From positions 1,952,001 to 2,016,000 of the forward strand of contig OY762825.2 of assembly GCA_963666425.2 (NCBI GenBank): DNA of 64,000 nucleotides. The letters run 5' to 3'. Positions 55,348-64,000 of this stretch are shown in pieces; within the stretch, counting starts at the first letter, position 1, and each line of letters opens with the position of its first letter. Below the pieces are notes generated by a model, which was not told the DNA's origin, ran no database searches, and saw only the letters and a list, made by a program, of their open reading frames with translations. A program made the translations under genes and the position numbers. Source of the stretch: Bacillota bacterium (GTDB lineage: Bacteria; Bacillota; JAAYKD01).

Positions 55348-57354
55348 ATGGACAATCAACAACACAATGGAATCGTTAGTTTCATATGGGGTATCGCGGA
55401 TGACTGTCTTCGTGATGTTTATGTTCGGGGTAAATATCGCGATGTGATTTTGCCTATGACCGTTATTCGGCGCCTTGACGCAGTACTTGAACCAACAAAA
55501 ATAGCTGTTCTCGGTATGAAAAAACGGCTTGACGATGCTAAAATCACGAATCAAACGCCAGCATTATGCTATGCTGCTGGCCAATCTTTCTGCAATAGTT
55601 CAGATTTCTGTCTGCGTGATCTCACTTCGCGGGCGAAGCGTCAAACACTGAAGAAGGACTTTATAGAATATCTCAACGGCTTTTCACCCAATGTCCAGGA
55701 GATATTAGAGAAGTTTAAATTTCGTAATCAGATTGACACGATGATAGATGCGGACATTCTTGGCGCAATAATTGAAAAATTCGTTTCTCCGACAATTAAC
55801 TTAAGCCCCTTTCCTATATATAAGGATGATACAAAAACTGAAATTCGTATGCCCGGGCTTGATAACCATGCAATGGGTACTATTTTTGAAGAGCTTGTTC
55901 GCCGCTTCAACGAAGCAAACAATGAGGAAGCCGGTGAACACTGGACACCGCGCGATGTTGTTGAACTGATGGCAGATCTTATTTTCACACCGATAAGTGA
56001 TAAAATAAAAGACGCAACCTATTCATGCTATGATGGTGCTTGCGGAACGGGCGGTATGCTTACCGTTGCACAGGAAAGACTGCTGCAGTTGGCAGATAAT
56101 ACCGGCAAGAATGTGTCTATTCACCTATTTGGGCAAGAAATAAATCCAGAAACGTATGCTATTGCAAAAGCTGATTTACTTCTTAAAGGTGATGGTGACC
56201 AATCAGAGCATATTCATTTTGGCTCAACCCTCTCCGATGATGGCTGGGCGACCTATCGTTATGACTTTATGCTTTCAAATCCACCTTACGGTAAGACATG
56301 GAAAACCGACGCCGAAAAAATGGGCGGTAAAAAAGACATTCTTGACAGCCGCTTCAACGAAACTTTGAGCGACGGAACCCAACTAACAATGATTCCGAGA
56401 GTGAGTGATGGTCAACTCTTATTTCTCTTGAATAATGTGGCTAAAATGAAAATCGACACACCGCTCGGTAGCCGTATTGCAGAGGTACATAACGGCTCCT
56501 CGCTATTCACAGGTGATGCTGGTTCTGGCGAGAGCAATGCTCGTCGCTATATGATTGAAAGCGACCTTGTTGAAGCCATTATAGCCGTTCCCGAAAAGAT
56601 GTTTTACAACACAGGTATAGGAACATTTATCTGGGTTCTCTCTAACCGAAAGGAAGCGCGACGCAAGGGGAAAATACAGCTAATCGATGCCACTGGTATG
56701 AAGTCTCCGCTTCGCAAAAACTTAGGTGAAAAGAACTGCGAGTTCACGGATGAAATACGCCGTCAAATCATTGATATATATATGAACTTCGAGGAAAGTG
56801 ATGTCAGCCGTATTTTTAACAATAGTGACTTTGGATATTGGCTAATCACGGTGGAACGCCCACTGCGCCTCCGCATTGACACACAAAAGCCCATTCCTGT
56901 CACTGCTTTGAAAGCAGAGGAGTTAAAAACTTACCACTCTGCCCTTGCTGCTTTGCCACAGGGTATGCCGATGAATGACTGGACAGCATTTGCGAAAGCT
57001 ACAAAGCTGAAAGCCACTCTGCTGAAAAAGGTGTGTCCGCTCATTACAGATAAAGATCCGACTGCAAAGCCGGTAGAGGATGAAGCCGATACAGAACTGC
57101 GAGACACTGAGATTGTGCCGTTCAATTATGACGGTGGTATTCTCGCTTTCATGGAAAATGAGGTGCATCCCTTTGCACCGGATGCTTGGATTGAAGATAA
57201 GCAGACGAAAATCGGCTATGAAATCAGCTTCACAAAGTATTTTTATAAACCTATCAAATTGCGCTCCATGGCTGATATCCTCTCAGATTTGAAAATCCTT
57301 GAAGCTGAAACCGATGGTATGCTGGCGGAGATTATTGGAGGTGTTCAAGGATGA
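55348..57354 (+). CDS. hsdM: Type I restriction-modification methyltransferase subunit
   Basis: FIWGIADD.LRDVY, EEAGEHWTPRDVV, YDGACGTGGML, SNPPYG (N6-adenine MTase motif IV). Confidence 0.95.
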   Translation: MDNQQHNGIVSFIWGIADDCLRDVYVRGKYRDVILPMTVIRRLDAVLEPTKIAVLGMKKRLDDAKITNQTPALCYAAGQSFCNSSDFCLRDLTSRAKRQTLKKDFIEYLNGFSPNVQEILEKFKFRNQIDTMIDADILGAIIEKFVSPTINLSPFPIYKDDTKTEIRMPGLDNHAMGTIFEELVRRFNEANNEEAGEHWTPRDVVELMADLIFTPISDKIKDATYSCYDGACGTGGMLTVAQERLLQLADNTGKNVSIHLFGQEINPETYAIAKADLLLKGDGDQSEHIHFGSTLSDDGWATYRYDFMLSNPPYGKTWKTDAEKMGGKKDILDSRFNETLSDGTQLTMIPRVSDGQLLFLLNNVAKMKIDTPLGSRIAEVHNGSSLFTGDAGSGESNARRYMIESDLVEAIIAVPEKMFYNTGIGTFIWVLSNRKEARRKGKIQLIDATGMKSPLRKNLGEKNCEFTDEIRRQIIDIYMNFEESDVSRIFNNSDFGYWLITVERPLRLRIDTQKPIPVTALKAEELKTYHSALAALPQGMPMNDWTAFAKATKLKATLLKKVCPLITDKDPTAKPVEDEADTELRDTEIVPFNYDGGILAFMENEVHPFAPDAWIEDKQTKIGYEISFTKYFYKPIKLRSMADILSDLKILEAETDGMLAEIIGGVQG

Positions 57355-58715
57355 GTGTGTATGAATCCTATGTTGCCATACCTTTACCGTGGTTAAGCCA
57401 AATGCCTTCTCACTGGACATTGTTACGTAACAAGAATTTCCTTCAAGAGGTAAAGGAAACCGTAGGAAGTGACTCTGTGGACTATACTTTACTCTCGTTA
57501 ACCAAAAACGGTATTATTCCAAGAGATGTTGCTAGCGGTAAAGGAAAATTTCCAAAAGACTTTGATACCTATAAAGTTATCACATCAGGAGATTTGGCTT
57601 TTTGTCTCTTTGATATCGATGAAACACCGAGAACAGTTGGCTTGTCAAAACAGGATGGAATGCTAACTGGAGCGTATACAGTATTTCATTTAAACGGGAT
57701 TAATTCTCAATTTATGACCTATTACTATTTAGCTCTTGATAACGCAAAGGCGCTTAGACCCTTTTATTCAGGGCTGAGAAAAACAATTAAGACGAATATT
57801 TTTATTGGAATTAAATTACCAGTTCCTCCTCGTAATGAACAAGATCAGATTGTTCGCTATCTCGACTGGCAGGTATCAAAAACTAACAAGCTCATTTCTA
57901 CGTTGAAAAAACAAATTGCCCTATTGAAGGAGCATAAACAGGCGATTATCAATGAGGCCGTGACAAAAGGGATTGACCCCAACGTGTCAATGAAAGACAG
58001 TGGTGTTGCATGGATTGGAGAGATTCCAGCGCATTGGAGCATAATTAAGCTCCGTAGTATATTGAAGCCTGTGAGCGTTAAAAACCACCCAGAAATGCCC
58101 CTACTCTCTGTTGTCAGAGAACAGGGAGTAATAATCCGTAATGTCGGAGATGCCGAGTCCAACCACAATTTCATACCTGACGATTTGAGCAACTATAAGG
58201 TTGTTCGTGAAGGTCAATTTGCCATGAACAAAATGAAAGCGTGGCAAGGTTCATACGGCATTTCACCATGCACCGGGATTGCTAGTCCCGCATACTTTGT
58301 CTTTGATGTTAACTTCCCAAATAGCGACTATTTTCACTATGCGATTCGCAGCAAGGTTTATGTAAATTTCTTTGCACAAGCTTCCGATGGCATACGCGTT
58401 GGACAGTGGGATTTGAATATGCAGAAAATGAAGGAAATTCCATTCATTGTGCCACCAACTCCCGAGCAAGCGGATATATTCGCATACATATCAAAAGCCT
58501 TTATGAAAATTAAAAAAGCAATAGTGGCTATAGAGCAGGAAATCGCATTACTCAGTGAATACCGCACCCGCCTCATTTCCGATGTAGCTACAGGTCAGAT
58601 TGATGTGCGCGGCGTTGAAATACCTGAATTTGAATATATAGCAGATGAAGTCGACGAAGCAACTGATGAAGAAAATCTTGAAGTTGAAGAAACGGAGGAT
58701 GAAAAAAATGAGTGA
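57351..58715 (+). CDS. hsdS: Type I restriction-modification specificity subunit
   Basis: Two TRDs with conserved repeats (WLSQMPSHW / WIGEIPAHW; PVPPRNEQ / IVPPTPEQ; AVTKG / VATGQIDV). Confidence 0.93.
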   Translation: MSVYESYVAIPLPWLSQMPSHWTLLRNKNFLQEVKETVGSDSVDYTLLSLTKNGIIPRDVASGKGKFPKDFDTYKVITSGDLAFCLFDIDETPRTVGLSKQDGMLTGAYTVFHLNGINSQFMTYYYLALDNAKALRPFYSGLRKTIKTNIFIGIKLPVPPRNEQDQIVRYLDWQVSKTNKLISTLKKQIALLKEHKQAIINEAVTKGIDPNVSMKDSGVAWIGEIPAHWSIIKLRSILKPVSVKNHPEMPLLSVVREQGVIIRNVGDAESNHNFIPDDLSNYKVVREGQFAMNKMKAWQGSYGISPCTGIASPAYFVFDVNFPNSDYFHYAIRSKVYVNFFAQASDGIRVGQWDLNMQKMKEIPFIVPPTPEQADIFAYISKAFMKIKKAIVAIEQEIALLSEYRTRLISDVATGQIDVRGVEIPEFEYIADEVDEATDEENLEVEETEDEKNE

Positions 58716-59169
58716 TAATTTGCATATGGAAATATCCATACCAACAGACGAGGATGGATATGTCCTTTTACAATGTCCCAATTGTGGCACCTATTTTAAA
58801 GCCACGCCACCTGATATCAAAGATGACGGTGTTTTGGAGTTATTTTGCCCAAGCTGTGGACTTGCGGGCGAAAGCTTTATAACCGAAGATATAATAGAAT
58901 TGGCTATGGCAATGGTGCAAAATAAAGCAATGGACATGATACATGATGAATTTAAGAAAATGGAACGCCAGTTTAAAAAGGGTCCAGTTACTTTTAAGGC
59001 TGGCAAGCCCCCTAAACACGAATCTGAAGATCCGATTCGCTCGGGCATTGAGGCTTTGGAAATAGTATCGTTTCCATGTTGCAAGCGTACTGCTAAGATA
59101 AAGCCAATTCTAAGAATGACCGGGTGTTACTGCCCGTTTTGTGGGGTGAAAAATTATGAATTTGAATAG
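58708..59169 (+). CDS. Hypothetical Cys-rich zinc-finger protein
   Basis: CPNC, CPSC, PCC, C.CPFC; translationally coupled to hsdS and the next gene; start 58708 after GGAGG. Confidence 0.7.
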   Translation: MSDNLHMEISIPTDEDGYVLLQCPNCGTYFKATPPDIKDDGVLELFCPSCGLAGESFITEDIIELAMAMVQNKAMDMIHDEFKKMERQFKKGPVTFKAGKPPKHESEDPIRSGIEALEIVSFPCCKRTAKIKPILRMTGCYCPFCGVKNYEFE

Positions 59170-59938
59170 AGCGGATTTAAAGAAAATCATATATGATTTT
59201 AACAGCATATCAAATCGTCTCATGCAAGCTGATTGTAATGATTATTCAAGTGTACTATCCAAATTTGTAGTTTTTCTCAAAAACAACCAAATCATTAATG
59301 ATTACATTGACGATTGCGGGACGTGTGAACAGGATTTAGCACAAGAATTTAATAAAGCACGTAGCTATAATGGAAGTATTTTTTCACTCGGTGATACGAG
59401 CGAAGAAGAAGTTAGGAATGTTTTTGCCATATTGATCTATAGTGTCGAGAATAATATTAATATCCCGCGTGAAGTCGCTATAGGTTATTCATCCTCAAAT
59501 AAATACCAAGATAAGGCTAAAGGCTTTAATGATCGTGTGGTTAAGGTGCTAATTCGCCATATTGAAAGTTACTTAACAAAGATTGGAATCGACATGGGAA
59601 TTGACGAAAAGATTATATATTCAATTACTGTACAAAACGGGCAAGTTAATATTGCCCATGATAATGCAACTATCACTGCAACAAATGCTATAGGAATTGA
59701 TACTGCGAAATTAGCAGAATTGGTTCACGCTGTGCGAAGCACTGCAAATAACTTATCGCCCGACGATACTGATACTTTAAATAGCAGTTTGGAGGTAGTC
59801 GAAGAAGAAGTGAAATCCAATGAACCACGGAAAAGTTTCTTGAAAACAGCAATTAATGGTTTGCGTATTTTGAAGGGAACCGCTGAATTCTCTGCTGCTG
59901 TAATTGCACTCTTTCAGTTTATTCAACCTTTGTTATAG
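59156..59938 (+). CDS. Hypothetical protein (260 aa) embedded in the R-M operon
   Basis: Long AT-rich ORF coupled to the upstream gene; no family recognised. Confidence 0.7.
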   Translation: MNLNRADLKKIIYDFNSISNRLMQADCNDYSSVLSKFVVFLKNNQIINDYIDDCGTCEQDLAQEFNKARSYNGSIFSLGDTSEEEVRNVFAILIYSVENNINIPREVAIGYSSSNKYQDKAKGFNDRVVKVLIRHIESYLTKIGIDMGIDEKIIYSITVQNGQVNIAHDNATITATNAIGIDTAKLAELVHAVRSTANNLSPDDTDTLNSSLEVVEEEVKSNEPRKSFLKTAINGLRILKGTAEFSAAVIALFQFIQPLL

Positions 59939-59957
59939 TTTTAATGGAGGTGAGTTA

Positions 59958-62933
59958 GTGTATACAAACACAAAAGAATCTGGGCTTGAATCTTTGATCG
60001 TAAAGTGGCTTATCGAACAGAATGGCTATGAACAAGGCACAAACGAGGACTACAACCGCGAATATGCTGTTGATGAAACACGACTGTTGCGCTTTCTTTT
60101 CGAAACGCAAACGGACGAAATGGAGAAGCTCGGTGTTTTTTCTGACGGCCTAAAAAAAGCAAAGTTCCTTGACCGTTTGCGTGGCGAAATTGCCAAACGT
60201 GGTGTGATTGATGTGCTTCGCAATGGCATGAAGATGTACCCCGCCAACCTCATTATGTTTTACACTTCTCCTTCCCTGAAAAACACAAAGGCACGAGAGA
60301 TGTTTGAGAAGAACATTTTCAGTGTCACGCGCCAGCTCATGTACTCGAAAGATGCCACACGCATGGCACTTGATTTGTGCATTTTCATTAACGGTCTGCC
60401 GGTCATTACCGATGAGCTTAAAAACCAGTTAACCAAGCAGAATGTTGACGATGCCGTATATCAATATCAGCACGATCGCGACCCGAAAGAGCTCCTTTTT
60501 CAGTTTAAACGTTGCATGGTACACTTTGCTGCGGACGATGTCCGTTTAAGATTCTGTACAAAATTAGATGGCAAAGATTCGTATTTCCTTCCTTTTGATA
60601 AAGGCAACAATGATAATGCCGGGAATCCGCCCAATCCCAATGGATTGATGACAGATTATTTCTGGAAGCAGATTTTGACAAAACCCATGCTCGCCCATAT
60701 TATTGAAAACTACGCGCAGGTTGTCGAGGAAACTGATCCCGATACAAGGAGAAAGAGTTACAAACAGATATTTCCACGCTTTCATCAGTTGTCCGTCGTG
60801 GAAAACTTGCTCGCGGATGTACAACACAAAGGCATCGGGCAGCGGTATTTGATCCAACACAGCGCCGGAAGCGGTAAATCAAACTCCATCGCTTGGCTTG
60901 CCCACCAACTCATCGGAATTGAACGTGCTGACGGAAGCACAATTGTGGACACCGTTCTTGTCGTAACTGACCGTGTTCTTTTGGATAAACAAATACGTGA
61001 CACCATCAAACAATTTATGCAGGTATCGAATATTGTTGCATGGGCTGAACATTCCGGTAATCTCCGTGATGCCATCAACAACGGCAAGAAGATCATTATA
61101 ACCACTGTACATAAGTTCCCGGTCATCCTCGACAGCATCGGAAGCGAGCATAAAGGACGTAATTTTGCCATCATTATCGACGAGGCACACTCATCTCAAA
61201 GCGGTAGTATGTCGGCACAGATGAACATCGTTCTATCTGGTGAATATTCTGGAACAAATGAAGAGGACGATGAAGACCGCATCAACCGCCTGATTGAGGA
61301 ACGCATCAAGGGGAAAAGAATGCTGACAAACGCCAGTTATTTTGCATTCACAGCGACCCCCAAGAATAAAACTCTTGAAATGTTCGGTATTCCGTACCCC
61401 GAGGGTGACCAAGTCAAGCACAGACCGTTCCATGTTTATACCATGAAACAAGCCATTCAAGAGGGTTTCATTCTTGATGTGCTAAAATATTACACGCCGG
61501 TGGATAGCTATTTTAAGCTTATTAAAACCGCACAAGACGACCCCATGTTTGACAAGAATAAGGCGCAAAAGAAGCTGCGCTATTTCGTGGAAAGTGACGA
61601 GTTCACTATTTTGCAAAAAGCAACGCTGATGGTTGAACATTTCCACGAACAGGTTGTTGCGAAGAACAAAATCGGTGGCAAAGCCCGCGCTATGGTCGTG
61701 ACAAGTAGCATTAAGCGGTGTATAGATTATTACTATGCGTTAAACAAATGCCTGACAGACAGGCGCAGTCCATACAAAGCGATTATTACTTTTTCTGGTG
61801 AATGTGAATTCCGAAAGGGGACGACACTAACATCTGCCGGATTGAACGGATTTCCCGATAACGCGATAACAAAGGTATTTCGTACGGACCCATACCGTTT
61901 TCTCATTGTTGCGGATATGTTTCAGACGGGTTATGATGAACCTCTACTCCATACCATGTATGTAGACAAAATGCTATCCGACATAAAAGCTGTGCAAACG
62001 TTGTCCAGATTGAATCGCTCTTGTCCGAAGAAATACGATACTTTTGTGTTGGACTTTGCAAACAAAACCTCCGTTATTGAAGAAGCATTTTCGAATTATT
62101 ATCGGACGACGATTTTGTCCTCGGAAACAGATCCGAACAAGCTCTACGATATTGTCGCTATTATGGAGAACTACCAGATTTTCTCACAGGAGCATGTCGA
62201 TATGCTGGTTGGTTTGTATTTGAATGGTGCAGACCGCGACCGTCTCGATCCGATTCTCGACGCTTGTGTAGCACAGTATAAAGAGCTTGAGAACGAAGAT
62301 AAAATTCGATTCAAGGGTGCTGCGAAGTCTTTTGTGCGTACATATGGATTTCTCGGCGCAATTCTACCATATGGGAATGCTGATTGGGAAAAATTATCCA
62401 TATTCCTAAATTTCCTTGTCCCTAAATTGCCGTCGCCACAAGAGGACGACCTATCACGCGGAATCTTGGAAGCAATTGACCTTGACAGTTATCGTGTTGA
62501 GGCGCGCGAAGCCATCTCGTTGAGATCTGAAGACACCGATGCAGAAGTCGACCCTGTTCCTGCGGGGAGCGCTGGTGGCCTGGGTGACCCTGAGTTGGAC
62601 TTGCTCTCTTCGATCCTGATGGCGTTTAACGATATGTTTGGCAATATCGACTGGAACGACGCTGACAATGTACGTCGCCAGATCCTTGAAATCCCAACAA
62701 TGGTATCCAAGGATAAAAGATATCAGAATGCTATGAAGTATTCCGACAAGCAAAGCGCTCGTATGGAAAGTGAGCGTGCATTGCAGCAGGTTATCTTCAG
62801 CATTATGGCGGATAATATGGAATTGTTTAAGCAATTTCAAGATAATCCATCATTTAAGAAAGAGCTATCCGATTTGGTGTTTAACTTGACATATAACGAA
62901 AAAGGGGAGCCTTTCGAGAAGCCGCATGAATAA
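59958..62933 (+). CDS. hsdR: Type I restriction endonuclease subunit R
   Basis: D..INGLP..ELKN nuclease motif, HSAGSGKS, DEAH, FTATP, QTLSRLNR; GGAGG + GTG start at 59958. Confidence 0.95.
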   Translation: MYTNTKESGLESLIVKWLIEQNGYEQGTNEDYNREYAVDETRLLRFLFETQTDEMEKLGVFSDGLKKAKFLDRLRGEIAKRGVIDVLRNGMKMYPANLIMFYTSPSLKNTKAREMFEKNIFSVTRQLMYSKDATRMALDLCIFINGLPVITDELKNQLTKQNVDDAVYQYQHDRDPKELLFQFKRCMVHFAADDVRLRFCTKLDGKDSYFLPFDKGNNDNAGNPPNPNGLMTDYFWKQILTKPMLAHIIENYAQVVEETDPDTRRKSYKQIFPRFHQLSVVENLLADVQHKGIGQRYLIQHSAGSGKSNSIAWLAHQLIGIERADGSTIVDTVLVVTDRVLLDKQIRDTIKQFMQVSNIVAWAEHSGNLRDAINNGKKIIITTVHKFPVILDSIGSEHKGRNFAIIIDEAHSSQSGSMSAQMNIVLSGEYSGTNEEDDEDRINRLIEERIKGKRMLTNASYFAFTATPKNKTLEMFGIPYPEGDQVKHRPFHVYTMKQAIQEGFILDVLKYYTPVDSYFKLIKTAQDDPMFDKNKAQKKLRYFVESDEFTILQKATLMVEHFHEQVVAKNKIGGKARAMVVTSSIKRCIDYYYALNKCLTDRRSPYKAIITFSGECEFRKGTTLTSAGLNGFPDNAITKVFRTDPYRFLIVADMFQTGYDEPLLHTMYVDKMLSDIKAVQTLSRLNRSCPKKYDTFVLDFANKTSVIEEAFSNYYRTTILSSETDPNKLYDIVAIMENYQIFSQEHVDMLVGLYLNGADRDRLDPILDACVAQYKELENEDKIRFKGAAKSFVRTYGFLGAILPYGNADWEKLSIFLNFLVPKLPSPQEDDLSRGILEAIDLDSYRVEAREAISLRSEDTDAEVDPVPAGSAGGLGDPELDLLSSILMAFNDMFGNIDWNDADNVRRQILEIPTMVSKDKRYQNAMKYSDKQSARMESERALQQVIFSIMADNMELFKQFQDNPSFKKELSDLVFNLTYNEKGEPFEKPHE

Positions 62934-63197
62934 TGCTCTGTAATTTAACTTTGGAAGTGTTGGAATTCATACTTTCCGAATGCTAGGATTTTATCCTGCC
63001 AAATACCACCATGGAAATCTCCTAATTTTCGAGGATCAAAGCTGCCGAATTGCTCATGCTTTATAAAGGCTCGGTTTGCAAGACACACAAAAGTATTTCT
63101 TAATGAACCAGGGTATTAGAACACTTCCGTATTACATCTCATTACAATTTAAGATCGTATAAGAATTCAAATTTTTGATTGGTTTTGGAGGATTATT

Positions 63198-64000
63198 ATG
63201 ACTACTTATGTTGAACTACCCGTTGCTGAGATTGAACTTGATAAGAGCAATCCACGTATTGCACTTGGCATATCTCGTTTTGACCCTATTACTAGTGATA
63301 TCATGGCGCTTCTTCTTGGGTCTACTTCTGAATCATGTGTGAGTTTACGGGAATCCGTCCGGGAAAATGGTGGCATTATTCACCCGATTGTAGTAAACAA
63401 ACGGGCCGATGGGACTTATGTAGTAATTGAGGGTAACACTCGTTTGCAGATATACAAGGATTTTATAAAAGCAGGAGAACCAGGTGATTGGACTACCATT
63501 CGTGCCATTGTATATAATTGCTTAGGTGACAATAAAATGCACTCGATTCGGTTGCAAGCTCATTTCATTGGTCCGCGAGAGTGGGACCCGTATTCTAAGG
63601 CAATGTATTTGAACTATCTTGCTAATATTGAGCATATGCCAATGAATACGTTAATTTCTTTTTGCGGTGGTAGCTCTAAGGCCTCAGAAATAAGGAATAT
63701 GATCGCAGCTTATAACGATATGGAAAAGTACTATCGTCCTTTATGCGATGATGATACCCAATTTGATATCCGCAAGTTTCACGGGTTTGTTGAGCTTCAG
63801 AATCGCAATATTATTGATTGCTTAATGATACATGGTTATAATAAGTCTGATTTTTCGCAATGGATGATTGATGATAGGTTTAGTACTTTGCAGGATGTAC
63901 GGCGTCTTCCTGATATTCTAAAAAGCAAGAAATCTTTAGAAACCTTTTTCAAAGAGAACAGCCAAGAAGCCAAAAAGATACTGGCTGTTGAAGAAATCAC
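63198..64000 (+). CDS. ParB/Srx N-terminal domain protein (runs off the window end; not in the ORF track)
   Basis: Hand translation MTTYVELPVAEIELDKSNPR...SLRESVRENGGIIHPIVV...YVVIEGNTRL; GGAGG RBS; no stop seen before 64000. Confidence 0.8.
   Translation, partial: MTTYVELPVAEIELDKSNPRIALGISRFDPITSDIMALLLGSTSESCVSLRESVRENGGIIHPIVVNKRADGTYVVIEGNTRLQIYKDFIKAGEPGDWTTIRAIVYNCLGDNKMHSIRLQAHFIGPREWDPYSKAMYLNYLANIEHMPMNTLISFCGGSSKASEIRNMIAAYNDMEKYYRPLCDDDTQFDIRKFHGFVELQNRNIIDCLMIHGYNKSDFSQWMIDDRFSTLQDVRRLPDILKSKKSLETFFKENSQEAKKILAVEEI

Noticed and set aside
57351-58715. Phase-variable (shufflon-type) hsdS
   Set aside because: Single hsdS with no extra TRD cassettes, recombinase or simple-sequence tract visible in the window.

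Overview
A 64-kb chromosomal segment from an anaerobic Gram-positive (Bacillota/Clostridia-like) bacterium, inferred from sigma-A promoters, sortase, SCIFF, SigI/RsgI and SAM-I/NiCo riboswitches. 1-49 kb is mostly housekeeping and accessory metabolism. It holds a Crp/Fnr regulator with two permeases, GNATs, a D-aminoacylase, and two apparently identical IS1182 copies bracketing sigI-rsgI plus a SCIFF (ranthipeptide) precursor and maturase. It also holds two toxin-less Phd/YefM-like paralogues ahead of a sortase-anchored DUF3494 ice-binding-like adhesin, a MarR-ABC exporter, a NiCo-riboswitch-controlled CDF exporter, LysR plus Fe-ADH, ung-tdk-smpB, SAM-I-metK, recD2-comF-hpf, a GGDEF protein, potABCD, a dense DnaA-box cluster far from dnaA, and a double-cubane reductase/activator pair. 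From about 49.7 kb the window is an accessory hotspot: a ~128-bp tandem array built on GTAG-type REP hairpins (with a compensatory base-pair change), small genes between REP units, and a DUF1659-DUF2922-holin-unknown lysin-like module bracketed by a diverged ~350-bp duplication. An AT-richer defence island follows, with a decayed excisionase-like HTH and SMC/ABC-ATPase relic, a type I R-M operon carrying two unknown cargo genes between hsdS and hsdR, and a ParB-like gene cut by the window end. No CRISPR array, cas gene, tRNA, rRNA or integrase was recognised. All family calls come from motif recognition by eye, not database searches.
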